From NCBI GenBank assembly GCA_021806565.1, contig JAJZXK010000002.1, positions 17,575-81,574 on the forward strand: a DNA stretch of 64,000 nt, in the 5' to 3' direction. Under the pieces are notes generated by a model that was not told the origin of the DNA, did no database searches, and saw only the letters and a program-made list of their open reading frames with translations. The position numbers were made by a program, and so were the translations under genes. Origin of the DNA: Bacillota bacterium. Lineage in GTDB: Bacteria; Bacillota; Sulfobacillia; RBS10-35; JAJYVN01. Of this stretch, positions 37,747-46,976 are shown one piece after another (positions within the stretch are counted from its first letter, which is position 1; each line of letters starts with the position of its first letter).

Positions 37747-40700
37747 TTGCGCATGCCCGCCGGTCCGCACCTGCCCTTTGTGCACCTGCACGTCCACGGT
37801 CCGTTTTCCTGGATGGACGGGGTCTCGACTGCCGAGGCGCTGTGCGCGCGGGCGGCCGCCATGGGGATGACGGCCCTGGCGCTGACCGACCACGACACCC
37901 TGGCCGGCGCGGTGCCGTTCGTCCAGGCCTGCCGGCGGCACGGCCTGCGGCCACTGCTGGGCGCCGAGGCGACCCTGGCGGACGGGGGGCACCTGACCCT
38001 GCTGGCTCCAGACGCGCGCGGTTATGCGGCCCTGTGCCGCCTGCTCAGCGCCGCCCATCTGGATCACCCCCGCGGGCGGCCCCAGGTGGATCCCGAGGCG
38101 CTTGCGGCCGCGGCGCCCCGGCTGCTCGCCCTGTCGGGGTGCCGGCGCGGCACCATTGCCGCCCACCTGCTGCGCGGCCGGTATGGGGAGGCCGAGACCG
38201 AGGCGCGCCGCCTCGCCGGCCTGTTCGGCCCCGATCACTTCTACCTGGAGCTCCCGGCCGACCGCCTGCCCGGCAATCGGAAGCTGATCCGTGGTCTGCA
38301 GGAACTCGCCGTCCGTACGGGGCTGGCCACGGTGGCCACCGGCAACGTGCACTACGCCACCCAGGCAGAGGCCTGGATCGCTGACCTCCTGGCGTGTGTC
38401 CGGCTGGGGTGCCGGGTCGACGAGCCGCTGGCGGACCGGGCGGCGCTGCGGTTCAACGCCGAGCGGTTCCTGAAGGATGCCCGCCAGGTGTCGGCCGCGG
38501 TCGGCGATCCGGGGGCGGTCGCCCGGACGGCGGAGGTGGCGGCGCGCTGCGGGACCACCCTGGAGATCGGACCATCACGCTACCCCCGCTTCCCCGTGCC
38601 CGGCGGGGGGGACGCCCAGGAGGTCCTGCGGCGCCAGGTGGAGGAGGGCGCCGTCTGGCGGTATGGGGCGCGGGCGGCCGGGGTGCGGGCGCGGCTGGCG
38701 CACGAGTTGGACGTCATCGGCCGCCTCGGCTTCGCCGACTACTTCCTGTGCGTGGCCGATGTGGCGCGGTGGGCCCGGCGGCGGGGGATCCGCGTGGCTG
38801 GCCGCGGCTCGGCGGCCGACAGCGCCGTCGCGTACGTCCTGGGTATCACCGATGTCGACGCCGCTGGCCGGGGCCACCTGTTTGCCCGCTTCCTCTCGGA
38901 AGAGCGGGCGGAGGCCCCGGATATCGACCTGGACTTCGACGCGCGCCACCGGGACCGGGTGGCGGAGTATGTGGTGGGGCGCTACGGGCGCGACCGGGTG
39001 GCCGCCGTGGCTGCGCACCACACCTGGAGGGCGCGGTCTGCGGTGCGGGCGCTCGGCAAGGCGCTCGGCATTCCCCAGGCGGAGTTGGACCGGGTCAGCC
39101 GCCGCATCCCCTACGACGTGTCGGCGGCCGACCTGCGGGCCGCGCTGGCGCAGGTCCCAGAGTTGCGCGACCTGCAGACCGCGCGCGAGCGGTTGGCCTC
39201 CCTGGCGGAGGCCGCGGCGGCGGTGGCGGGGCTGCCCCGCCACCTGGCCACCCACCTGGGCGGCCTGTGCATCACGCCGGGGCCGGTCACCGACCTGATG
39301 CCGGTGCAGGCATCGGCCCGAGGGGTGGTCGTGGCCCAGTTCGACAAGCGGGACCTGGAGGCATTGGGGCTGCTCAAGCTGGACCTGCTGTCCCTGCGGA
39401 CGTTGGGGGCGGTGGACGACGCCCTGCGCATCACGGCGCGCCAGGGCCGGCCGCTGGACGAGTCGGCGATCCCCGAGGATGATCCCGAGACGTTCGCCCG
39501 TCTGCGGCGGGGGGAGACGGTGGGGGTCTTCCAGTTGGAGTCGGCGGCGCAGATGGCGCTGCAGCAACGGTTGGGGGCGAGTTGCCTGGAGGATGTCATC
39601 GCCTCCGTGGCCCTGATCCGGCCGGGGCCCATCCAGGGCAACATGGTGGATCCGTTTGTGGCGCGGCGGCGCGGCCGGGAGCCGGTGCGCTATCCCCACC
39701 CCGCCCTGGAGGGGATCCTGCGCCGGACCTACGGGGTCGTCGTCTATCAGGAGCAGGTCATCGCGATCGCCATCGAGGTCGCCGGTTTTTCGGCGGGGGA
39801 GGCGGACCGCCTGCGGCGGGTGATGTCGCACGCGCGGTCCCCGCGGGAGATGGAGGGGATCGGCCGGTTGTTTTGCGAGCGGGCGGTGGCCCGGGGGATG
39901 GATCCCGGGGACGCGGAGGATATCTTCCGCTGCCTGCGGGGCTATGCGTCCTACGGCTTTCCGGAGGCGCACGCCGTGGCCTTCGGCGCCACCGCCTACC
40001 GCACGGCCTACCTGGCCGAGCACCGCCCCGCCGCCTACTTCGCCGGCCTGCTCAACCAACAGCCCATGGGGTTCTATCCCGTGCGTACGTTGGTGACCGA
40101 GTTGGGCCGCCGCGGCGTGCGGGTACTGGGGCCGGACGTGAACCGCAGCGGCCGGGACTGGGGGGATGGGCAGGACGCCGGTGCCGCCTGCCTGCGGGCG
40201 CCGCTGGCGGCGGTGGCGGGGGTCTCCGACGCCGGGGCGCTGGCGGTGGTGGAGGCCCGGCGCTCCGCGGGTCCCTACCGCGACCTGGCCGACCTCTGCC
40301 GGCGCGCGCCCTCGGTTCCGGCCGCCGAACTGCAGGCCCTCATCCTGTCGGGGGCCTGCGACGCGCTGGCCCCCGACGGCAACCGCCGCCGGCTGCTGTG
40401 GGCGCTGGCTGGGGTCCGGGAGGCGGCGCACGCCGGCGGCCTTCCCCTGGCGGTCGACGGCGGGATGGACTGCCCGGACTTCACCCTGCAGGAGAAGTGG
40501 CTGCTGGAGGAGCGGCAGATGGGCTTTTCCCCCCGCGGCCACGTGATGCGGCTCTTGCGGGCCCGGCTGGAGGCGCAAGGCTATCTGCGCTGCGGTCAGG
40601 TCCGCTGCGCCCCGGACGGCATGCGCCTTTCCGCGGCCGGGGTCCCGGTCCGGCCGCACCGGCCGCCGACGCGTTCGGGCCGGCGGCTGGTCTTTTTGGC

Positions 40701-40881
40701 TTTGGAGGACGAAGATGGCTTGCTGCCGGTCATGGTGCCCGAGGAGGTCTACCGCCGGGATGGGGCCGTGCTGTTTCCGGCGTCGCCGGTATTGGGGGTG
40801 GAGGGGCGCGTCCGGCTCCGCGGTACGGGGGCGTTGCTGGTGGCGGAGCGCGTCGTCGCCCTGGTGGCCGCCCCGCGTTAG
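37747..40881 (+). CDS. dnaE2: Error-prone DNA polymerase III alpha-subunit paralog DnaE2 (ImuC)
   Basis: The N-terminal PHP domain reads LPFVHLHVHGPFSWMDGVSTAEAL...LALTDHDTLAG. The protein is about 1044 aa, shorter than DnaE1. An SOS box lies upstream and imuB is nearby. Confidence 0.85.
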   Translation: MRMPAGPHLPFVHLHVHGPFSWMDGVSTAEALCARAAAMGMTALALTDHDTLAGAVPFVQACRRHGLRPLLGAEATLADGGHLTLLAPDARGYAALCRLLSAAHLDHPRGRPQVDPEALAAAAPRLLALSGCRRGTIAAHLLRGRYGEAETEARRLAGLFGPDHFYLELPADRLPGNRKLIRGLQELAVRTGLATVATGNVHYATQAEAWIADLLACVRLGCRVDEPLADRAALRFNAERFLKDARQVSAAVGDPGAVARTAEVAARCGTTLEIGPSRYPRFPVPGGGDAQEVLRRQVEEGAVWRYGARAAGVRARLAHELDVIGRLGFADYFLCVADVARWARRRGIRVAGRGSAADSAVAYVLGITDVDAAGRGHLFARFLSEERAEAPDIDLDFDARHRDRVAEYVVGRYGRDRVAAVAAHHTWRARSAVRALGKALGIPQAELDRVSRRIPYDVSAADLRAALAQVPELRDLQTARERLASLAEAAAAVAGLPRHLATHLGGLCITPGPVTDLMPVQASARGVVVAQFDKRDLEALGLLKLDLLSLRTLGAVDDALRITARQGRPLDESAIPEDDPETFARLRRGETVGVFQLESAAQMALQQRLGASCLEDVIASVALIRPGPIQGNMVDPFVARRRGREPVRYPHPALEGILRRTYGVVVYQEQVIAIAIEVAGFSAGEADRLRRVMSHARSPREMEGIGRLFCERAVARGMDPGDAEDIFRCLRGYASYGFPEAHAVAFGATAYRTAYLAEHRPAAYFAGLLNQQPMGFYPVRTLVTELGRRGVRVLGPDVNRSGRDWGDGQDAGAACLRAPLAAVAGVSDAGALAVVEARRSAGPYRDLADLCRRAPSVPAAELQALILSGACDALAPDGNRRRLLWALAGVREAAHAGGLPLAVDGGMDCPDFTLQEKWLLEERQMGFSPRGHVMRLLRARLEAQGYLRCGQVRCAPDGMRLSAAGVPVRPHRPPTRSGRRLVFLALEDEDGLLPVMVPEEVYRRDGAVLFPASPVLGVEGRVRLRGTGALLVAERVVALVAAPR

Positions 40882-40996
40882 TGGGGCGACCACCCACGGC
40901 CTTTCACGGCGCACGCGGCGCGGAAGGTTGGCGGGGCCGCATCGCCGTACCGGTCGCCGCGAGGCCGCCCGGAACGGCCTGGGAAGGGAGAGGCCG

Positions 40997-41962
40997 ATGG
41001 CGCCGACGGACCCACTCGCCCCGCGGCCGCTCGGCTCGACCGGGTTGGAGGTTCCGGCCCTGTGCGTCGGCTGCGCCCCGCTGGGCGATATGCCGGAGGC
41101 CTTCGGCTATCGGGTCGGAGAGGCGCGCGCCCTGGAGACCTGCCGAGCCATCCTCGCCGGGCCGATCCGCTTTGCCGATACGGCGGCGGCCTACGGCGAA
41201 GGGCGCAGCGAGCGGCGGCTGGGGACCGCCCTGCGGGAGCGCGGCGGACTGCCCCCGGGGTTCGTCCTGGCGACCAAGGCGGATCGCGACCTGCGCACGG
41301 GCCGGTTCGACGGCGACCAGGTGCGGCGCTCCGTCGAGGGCAGCCTGCGCCGGCTCGGGCTGGACCGCCTCCAGGTCTGCCACCTGCACGACCCCGAGCA
41401 CATCCCCTCCTTCGCCGCGGCGATGGCGCGCGGCGGGCCGGTGGAGGCCCTGCGCCGCTGCCAGGAGGAGGGGCTGATCGCGCACCTGGGGGTGGCCGGC
41501 GGACCGATCCCGCTACTGCAGCGCTATGTGGAGACCGGGCTCTTCCAACTGGTCGTCTCCCACAACCGCTACACCCTGCTCAACGGCGCGGCGGCGCCGC
41601 TGTGGGACGCCTGCCGGCGGCGCGGTGTGGCGGCCATCAACGCCGCTCCGTACGGCGGCGGCATCCTGGCCCGGGGGGTGCGGGCTCACCCCCGCTATGC
41701 CTACCGGCCGGCGTCCGCGGCCGTCCTGGAGCGCGCCCGCCGCCTGGAAGGGCTCTGCCTCCAGGCGGGCGTGCCGCTGGCCGCCGTAGCGCTGCAGTTC
41801 TCCCTGCGCGATGCGCGGCTGGCGTCCACCATCGTCGGGGTGTCCAGCGTGCGGGAACTGGAAGAGACGCTGGCCCTGGCGGCTTGGCCGGTTCCCGCCG
41901 CGCTTTGGGATGAACTGGCCGGCTGGCCGGTGGAGACCGGAGACCCCCAGGCGGTGGATTGA
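40997..41962 (+). CDS. Aldo/keto reductase
   Basis: LGSTGLEVPALCVGCAPLG...FADTAAAYGEGRSERRLG...LQVCHLHDPE are AKR motifs. The ATG at 40997 follows GGGAGAGG. Confidence 0.8.
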   Translation: MAPTDPLAPRPLGSTGLEVPALCVGCAPLGDMPEAFGYRVGEARALETCRAILAGPIRFADTAAAYGEGRSERRLGTALRERGGLPPGFVLATKADRDLRTGRFDGDQVRRSVEGSLRRLGLDRLQVCHLHDPEHIPSFAAAMARGGPVEALRRCQEEGLIAHLGVAGGPIPLLQRYVETGLFQLVVSHNRYTLLNGAAAPLWDACRRRGVAAINAAPYGGGILARGVRAHPRYAYRPASAAVLERARRLEGLCLQAGVPLAAVALQFSLRDARLASTIVGVSSVRELEETLALAAWPVPAALWDELAGWPVETGDPQAVD

Positions 41963-41970
41963 GGCGCCAC

Positions 41971-42720
41971 TCAGCGGACCAGGACGAACTGGCCCCAGGT
42001 GGACGGATTCTGCTCGGCGACCCCGGCCGTCCCCCAGGCGATGGCCTGGTGCTCGCTCGAGCGGCCGTAGGTGTCGACGGCGACGTCCACCCCCACGACC
42101 TGGCCGATCCCGGCGCGCAGGCCGAGGTCCACCCAGGGATAGGAGACCAGCACGGCGTAGCCGGCGGACGTTTTGGCGGCGGTGGCGCGCACCCCGGCGG
42201 CGCTGCGGCCGGGAAGCACCCAGAGCAGCTCTTGCGGCTGGGCGGCCGACACGATCAGCTGGGTCTGGTGCGGCCCCATGGTGATGCCGGCGCGGTTGTC
42301 TCCGCTGAGGTAGAGTTCCGCCGCGTCGTTTTCCCAGACCGCGCGGTGGTGCAGGCCGCTGCGGACGATGCCGCGGGGATCCCGGACCACGTTCAGGACA
42401 TACAGCCGGCGGGCGTCCCAGACCGCGCGAAACGTGGCGCTGACACCCTGGGGCAGGACGCCGGCCATGCCGGTCGCCTCCGCGGTCGGCGCGGCGGAGT
42501 GCCAGCAGCGGCCGGCCGGGTCCGGCCGCATCGACGGGGTGCAGAGGTGGATCCGCACCGCCGGCGCGTGCTGGCGCGCGCGGTTTGGGTGCGCGGCGAC
42601 CGGCGGGGGCGGCGCCCCACAGGCGGTGAGCCCCAGGACGGCGGCCCCGGCGGCCGCGAGGGACGCCGCCCGGAGGGCGGCGGTGGTGCAGGGAGCGGGG
42701 ACGTGGCGCAACGTGAACAC
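41971..42720 (-). CDS. Lipoprotein with a CBM9/DOMON-like carbohydrate-binding domain
   Basis: The signal peptide with lipobox (...AAVLGLTACG) is followed by ...WENDAAELYLS...GYAVLVSYPWVDLG...GQVVGVDVAVDTYG..., which matches the CBM9 pattern. A GTG start follows GGAAGAGG. Confidence 0.5.
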   Translation of the reverse strand: MFTLRHVPAPCTTAALRAASLAAAGAAVLGLTACGAPPPPVAAHPNRARQHAPAVRIHLCTPSMRPDPAGRCWHSAAPTAEATGMAGVLPQGVSATFRAVWDARRLYVLNVVRDPRGIVRSGLHHRAVWENDAAELYLSGDNRAGITMGPHQTQLIVSAAQPQELLWVLPGRSAAGVRATAAKTSAGYAVLVSYPWVDLGLRAGIGQVVGVDVAVDTYGRSSEHQAIAWGTAGVAEQNPSTWGQFVLVR

Positions 42721-42938
42721 CCGCCTCTTCCGGCTCCGGCCGCGCCGTGGCGCCGTGGACCCGTCCGATGCCCTGGGCCGGCCCGGCGTTACGAAGTTGC
42801 AACGGGCTGCGGTCGGCCGCCGTTTGGACGACCCTGGCGTGGTATGTATGGGGTGGCGGCTTGGCGCATTCCCGCCACCCGCCGGACGGCCCGAGGTCCG
42901 TGCCGCAGAGGACGATGCGCTGCGGGGGACGATGAACG

Positions 42939-44423
42939 ATGGAAGCGGCGAGGGGGGCGGCGGCGGTGGCGGAACATGGCGCCCTGCCTGCCTATATCGC
43001 ATCGGCGGCGGAGGTGCGGGCGTTCCTCGCGGCGGGTCTGGCCGTGGACCCGCCCTTTTCCGGCTTGGCCGAGGAGCGGTTCGCCCTGGACGCCCAGGAG
43101 GCGGTGGCCGCGGCCTCCGGCGACCTGGCCGAAGAGCACTGGCACGGAGCGACGCTGGTGGCGGCGTTGGGATTCGCGGCCGTGCCGGAGGCCTTCGCGC
43201 GTTCGGCCGTCGGCGACGTGCTGGGCGCGACGGCCGCCGGCGTGGCATACGCGGCCGCCGGGCGGATCGACGTCGGTCCCGAGGCGGTCGATGCCGCGTT
43301 GGAGCGCGTGCAGGGCTTCATCGCGAGTGCGGGCTTCGGCGCCCTGGTGCGCGTGCAGGCGGCGGCCACCACCTTCGAGGACCTGCAGGCGATCGCGTTT
43401 TATGACCCCATGGAGGAACAGGTCTTCCTGAGCGGCCTCTGGCACCGGCCCTGGGCCGGCCGGCACCTGCACGACGACCTGTTGCTCGCCGCCGCCGCCG
43501 GGGCGGTGCGGCTGCGGCCGGGTGCGGACGGTGGCCGGCAACTCGTGCTCAGCGCGCGGGGGCACGCCGCCCTGGCCGCCATCCGCCTGCGGTTGGAGGC
43601 GTCCGGCTACCTCACCGAGCGGCACCGCCGCCTGGTGGCCGCACACGCGCGCCCGGAGCCCGCACCGTCCCCGTGGGAATCGGACCTCCCCGAGGTGTGG
43701 GAGGAACTGCTGGCGGCCGTCGGCGTGGGGCCCGGTGTGCGGGTCCTGATCTGCGGGGTGGCGCCGGGCGGCGCCGGCCTGCTGGCGGAGGTGGCGCGCC
43801 GCGTCGGAGCGGAGGGCGAGGTGCTGTTGGTGGAGCCGGCGGGCGCCTGGACTCGGGCCGCGGTGCCCGCCGGGGTCCGCGTGCTGCACGCCCGCCTGGA
43901 CGCGCTGCCCCTGGCCGACGGTGCGGTGGATGCCTGTCTGGCGCCCCACTTCCTGCACCTTGGTGAGCACGACCGGGCACTGGCGGAGGTGCGCCGCGTG
44001 GTGCGCCGCGGTGGGCGCGTGGCCCTTGGCGCCCCGCGGTCGGTCGACCTGGATCACGCGGCGCTGCAGCCCTGGCTGGAGCCGCTGCGCGCCCTGGCCG
44101 CCCGCCTGGATGTGCCGGTGAGCGGCCGGCAGGGTCCCGAGGGTCGGGCCGGCGCCGGTGAGGCCCTGGAGCGCCACGGCTTTCATGGCCTGGAGGTGCG
44201 CACGGGCATGCTGCCCCTGGGCGCGCCGTCGCACGACGCCCTGTTGCACGCGCTGCATGACGCCGAGGTGCTGCGGGAGGTGTTCGCCCGCATCCCGTGG
44301 CGCGAGCGCCACGCCTTGGTGCAGCAGATGCGGACGCGCGGCGAGGCGGTGGCGGAGGCCCTGCGTTGCGGGGTGCACGCCCTGGCCGTCTCGGGCGAAA
44401 TCGCCGTCGCGTCGGTGCCGTGA
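42939..44423 (+). CDS. Hypothetical protein with a C-terminal class I SAM-dependent methyltransferase domain
   Basis: VRVLICGVAPGGAGLLAEVARRVGAEGEVLLVEPA...LPLADGAVDACLAPHFLHL has Rossmann-fold motif I and post-I. The N-terminal roughly 250 aa are of unknown function. Confidence 0.55.
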   Translation: MEAARGAAAVAEHGALPAYIASAAEVRAFLAAGLAVDPPFSGLAEERFALDAQEAVAAASGDLAEEHWHGATLVAALGFAAVPEAFARSAVGDVLGATAAGVAYAAAGRIDVGPEAVDAALERVQGFIASAGFGALVRVQAAATTFEDLQAIAFYDPMEEQVFLSGLWHRPWAGRHLHDDLLLAAAAGAVRLRPGADGGRQLVLSARGHAALAAIRLRLEASGYLTERHRRLVAAHARPEPAPSPWESDLPEVWEELLAAVGVGPGVRVLICGVAPGGAGLLAEVARRVGAEGEVLLVEPAGAWTRAAVPAGVRVLHARLDALPLADGAVDACLAPHFLHLGEHDRALAEVRRVVRRGGRVALGAPRSVDLDHAALQPWLEPLRALAARLDVPVSGRQGPEGRAGAGEALERHGFHGLEVRTGMLPLGAPSHDALLHALHDAEVLREVFARIPWRERHALVQQMRTRGEAVAEALRCGVHALAVSGEIAVASVP

Positions 44424-45275
44424 GTGGTGAACGTCGGAGCAGGGGCCGGCGGTGCCGGCGGGAATGGATACGCAGGCGGTGGCACGCGGGAAGTGGGGGC
44501 GCGGGTGGCCGGTACGGGGGCGCGGATCGTCGTCACCGGGGAGCGGCGGCTGGCAGCCGTCGTCCTTGCCGACCGGCTCGGCGAGCTCGGCGTACGGGCC
44601 GAGGTGCGTTCACCGACCCAGATCGAGGGGCAGGTGCCGCCCCGCCGGCCGGTTGCCATTCTGGTGGCCGGTTGGTCGGCCGGCCTGCAGGACATGCTGC
44701 GGCGGTTGGCGGCGCGCGGCCACCACGCGATCGTGTTGCCCTTCGGTCCGGGCGCGGTGGACCGCGTGCGCGCCATGCGTAGCGGCGCCGCGGACGTCAT
44801 CCCGTCCGGGCCGCAACAGGCCGAGGAGTTGGCGTTGAAGCTGGCGAGGCTCCTTCCCGCGCCGGCCGCCGCCCCGTCCGGGGAGCGCGCGCTACGGGTT
44901 GGGCCATACACCTTCGATCCGGTGCGCCAGCAGCTTCTGGGCGGCGGGCGCGTGCTGGAACTGACCCCCACCCAGTCGGTGTTGCTGTATTGCCTGCTGG
45001 ACACCGCTCTGGCCGAGCCGGGCCGCCGCCTGCGCGCGTCCGATCTGATCGCGGCTTGCCGGCTGCCGGGGTTGACGCCGGGGGCGCTGCGCAAGCAGGT
45101 CTTCGAACTGCGGGCGCGTCTGGAGCGGGACGCCGGGCTGCAGCTCATCAGCGGTGATCTGAGAATGGGGTTGGCCTGCCGGCCGGAACTCTGCTGCCTG
45201 CAGGTGTCGGCGGAGCGGCGGTCCCGGCCGATGGGGCCGCCGTCCGACTCGGATCCCGAACGGGCGGGTGACTAG
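44424..45275 (+). CDS. OmpR-family winged-helix regulator with a degenerate receiver domain lacking the phospho-acceptor Asp
   Basis: The C-terminal ...LELTPTQSVLLYCLLDTA...LRKQVFELRARL is a trans_reg_C motif. The receiver-like N-terminus reads RIVVTGERR and AILVAGWS where DD and D are expected. Confidence 0.55.
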   Translation: MVNVGAGAGGAGGNGYAGGGTREVGARVAGTGARIVVTGERRLAAVVLADRLGELGVRAEVRSPTQIEGQVPPRRPVAILVAGWSAGLQDMLRRLAARGHHAIVLPFGPGAVDRVRAMRSGAADVIPSGPQQAEELALKLARLLPAPAAAPSGERALRVGPYTFDPVRQQLLGGGRVLELTPTQSVLLYCLLDTALAEPGRRLRASDLIAACRLPGLTPGALRKQVFELRARLERDAGLQLISGDLRMGLACRPELCCLQVSAERRSRPMGPPSDSDPERAGD

Positions 45276-45916
45276 CGGACGTATACCGTGCCGTCCAGCA
45301 CGGCGGTGACCGGTTGGCGCTGGATCCAGGTGGACCAGACGCCCTCGCCGGGATCATAGAAATACAGCGCGCCGTGCGTCGGGTCGTAGCCGTGTACCGC
45401 CGCCGCGGCCGCGCGCGTGGCGGTGGCCGTCGGACGCGCGTTCCAGAAGGTGCCATTGGAGACCGAGGTGAACTGGCCGCGCTGCAGGACCACGCCCTGC
45501 ACGGTGTGCGGGAAGCCGGCGTGGTGCATGCGGTTGACGATGACGGCCGCGACCCCGACCTGGTCGGTGTATGTACGATTCCCCTCTTCGGCGACGATGA
45601 TCTTCGCCAGCATGCTCATTCCGGAGCTCGAGACCGAGGCCGGGCGGGACTGGGTGGAGGCGTTGGCGGCCGTTGCGTTCGTGGTCGGGAGCACCAGCCG
45701 GAGTCCGGCGTAGAGATCGGAGGCGGGGTGCGTCGGATTCACCGCTTCCAGTGCGGCCACCGAAATGCCGAGCCGGCGTCCGATCGACCAGTAGGTGTCG
45801 TTGGCGCGGACGCGGTAGTGGGCGGAGGCGGCGAACGTCGGGGCGGTGGCCGCGAGAGTGGCCAGGGCGCAGGCCCCGGCGAGGATAAAACGGCGCAGTT
45901 TTGGTCCGTGAAGCAC
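45272..45916 (-). CDS. Secreted LysM-domain cell-wall hydrolase (SleB/CwlJ, Hydrolase_2 family)
   Basis: The signal peptide is followed by the LysM motif YRVRANDTYWSIGRRLGISVAALEAVNP. The C-terminal ...AKIIVAEEGNRTYTDQVGVAAVIVNRMHHAGFPHTVQGVV...FW is Hydrolase_2-like. A GTG start follows AAAGGAG. Confidence 0.7.
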   Translation of the reverse strand: MLHGPKLRRFILAGACALATLAATAPTFAASAHYRVRANDTYWSIGRRLGISVAALEAVNPTHPASDLYAGLRLVLPTTNATAANASTQSRPASVSSSGMSMLAKIIVAEEGNRTYTDQVGVAAVIVNRMHHAGFPHTVQGVVLQRGQFTSVSNGTFWNARPTATATRAAAAAVHGYDPTHGALYFYDPGEGVWSTWIQRQPVTAVLDGTVYVR

Positions 45917-46225
45917 GCGGCAGGCTCCTTTCTTGCGCCGCCGGGGTTAGTTGCAGGGTTGGGGCGAAGGATGTCCCCACCGGCAGGCCGCCGGTTTCAC
46001 CCCGTGGGCGCGAATCGTCCCCCCGGTCCCGGCGCGGCGGCCGGGATTAGGCGCGGTGCTTGCCGAGGGTATGCCTTGGTGCGCATGCCGTCCAACGGCC
46101 GTGGCGGCGCTCTGCGGCCGGTGCGGAGCCGCGGCCGGCGGCCGGCGCGGTCCCGGCGCCGCCTGGCGCAGTCTGGCGGTGGGCTTCCACGGCGCGGCAC
46201 GGTTGGAAGCGGCTGCGCCGCCGGT

Positions 46226-46966
46226 TCACATGGGGACCGGGCCGCCGCGGCCCTTGGCGCGCGGCAACCGCACCTGCAGTTGGCCGTTGGTCACGCGGCT
46301 CGGGATCTCGGGCAGGTCGGGCAGATGCTTCCAATAACCGCCAGGATCGGGATGGCCGCCAAGGTCGAAGCTTGCCCCATGGCAGGGGCACACAAGGCGA
46401 GCCGCGCCCTTGGTGTGGTGCAGCGGGCAGCCGACGTCCGTGCACAGGCCTGAGAGGACGCGCGGCCGGTCCACGCCGCCGACGACGAACACGTAGCTGG
46501 TCCCGACCATGGTGGGCATTACGCTGCCCGGGGGGAACGATGCCGCGGCGCCCACCGTCTTCCAGCGCGCTGGCGGCCGCAGGACGGACCAGAAGCGATG
46601 GCGCGCGGCCAGCGCGGCGGCGAGCATGATGGCCGTCCCGCCGCTCCAGAGCAGGGCGCGCCGGCCCAGCCGCAGGCCGGGCGTCGGGGGGACGGTGTCC
46701 GTCCGGCCCGCCTCCTGGCGCACCTGGGCCAGCAGCGTGGCCTGGAAGGGGGCGCTCGGTGCCGCCGCCCGCCGCCCCAGTGCGCGCAGGCCGGCCGCGG
46801 CGGCCGCCGCCCGCCGCTCTTCGGTGCTCACCAGCGCACCGGTGGCGCGGCCGCGCAGCAGTCGCGCCACCCAGGCGTCGACGCGGCGGGCGGCGCGCGT
46901 TTCCGCGTCGCGTTGCGTCTTCCGATCCATCTTCTGGTCCATCTTCCGATCCATCTTCCGATCCAT
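46226..46966 (-). CDS. Anti-sigma-factor-like membrane protein with a C-terminal bc1-type Rieske-like domain; N-terminal (MDRK)n repeat
   Basis: It lies immediately downstream of an ECF sigma gene. The N-terminus is cytoplasmic, there is one TM helix (RALLWSGGTAIMLAAALAA), and the C-terminus has CTDVGC-(x17)-CPCHGAS. This is a Rieske box I/II with His to Asp in box I. The N-terminus reads MDRKMDRKMDQKMDRK. Confidence 0.55.
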   Translation of the reverse strand: MDRKMDRKMDQKMDRKTQRDAETRAARRVDAWVARLLRGRATGALVSTEERRAAAAAAGLRALGRRAAAPSAPFQATLLAQVRQEAGRTDTVPPTPGLRLGRRALLWSGGTAIMLAAALAARHRFWSVLRPPARWKTVGAAASFPPGSVMPTMVGTSYVFVVGGVDRPRVLSGLCTDVGCPLHHTKGAARLVCPCHGASFDLGGHPDPGGYWKHLPDLPEIPSRVTNGQLQVRLPRAKGRGGPVPM

Positions 46967-46976
46967 CTTCCGATCA
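46917..46976. repeat. Five tandem copies of the 12-bp unit TCCATCTTCCGA spanning the sigma stop and the anti-sigma start
   Basis: The unit is read directly: tccatcttctgg, then tccatcttccga three times, then tcagtcttcgga. Changes in copy number would preserve the reading frame. Confidence 0.8.

Noticed and set aside
45314-46453. 379-aa plus-strand ORF.
   Set aside because: It is antisense to the LysM/SleB-like gene and the anti-sigma gene. It is low-complexity.
46917-46976. Tandem 12-bp repeats considered as a possible CRISPR or minisatellite.
   Set aside because: The units are contiguous with no spacers and lie inside coding sequence. This is not a CRISPR array, so it is reported as a coding tandem repeat instead.
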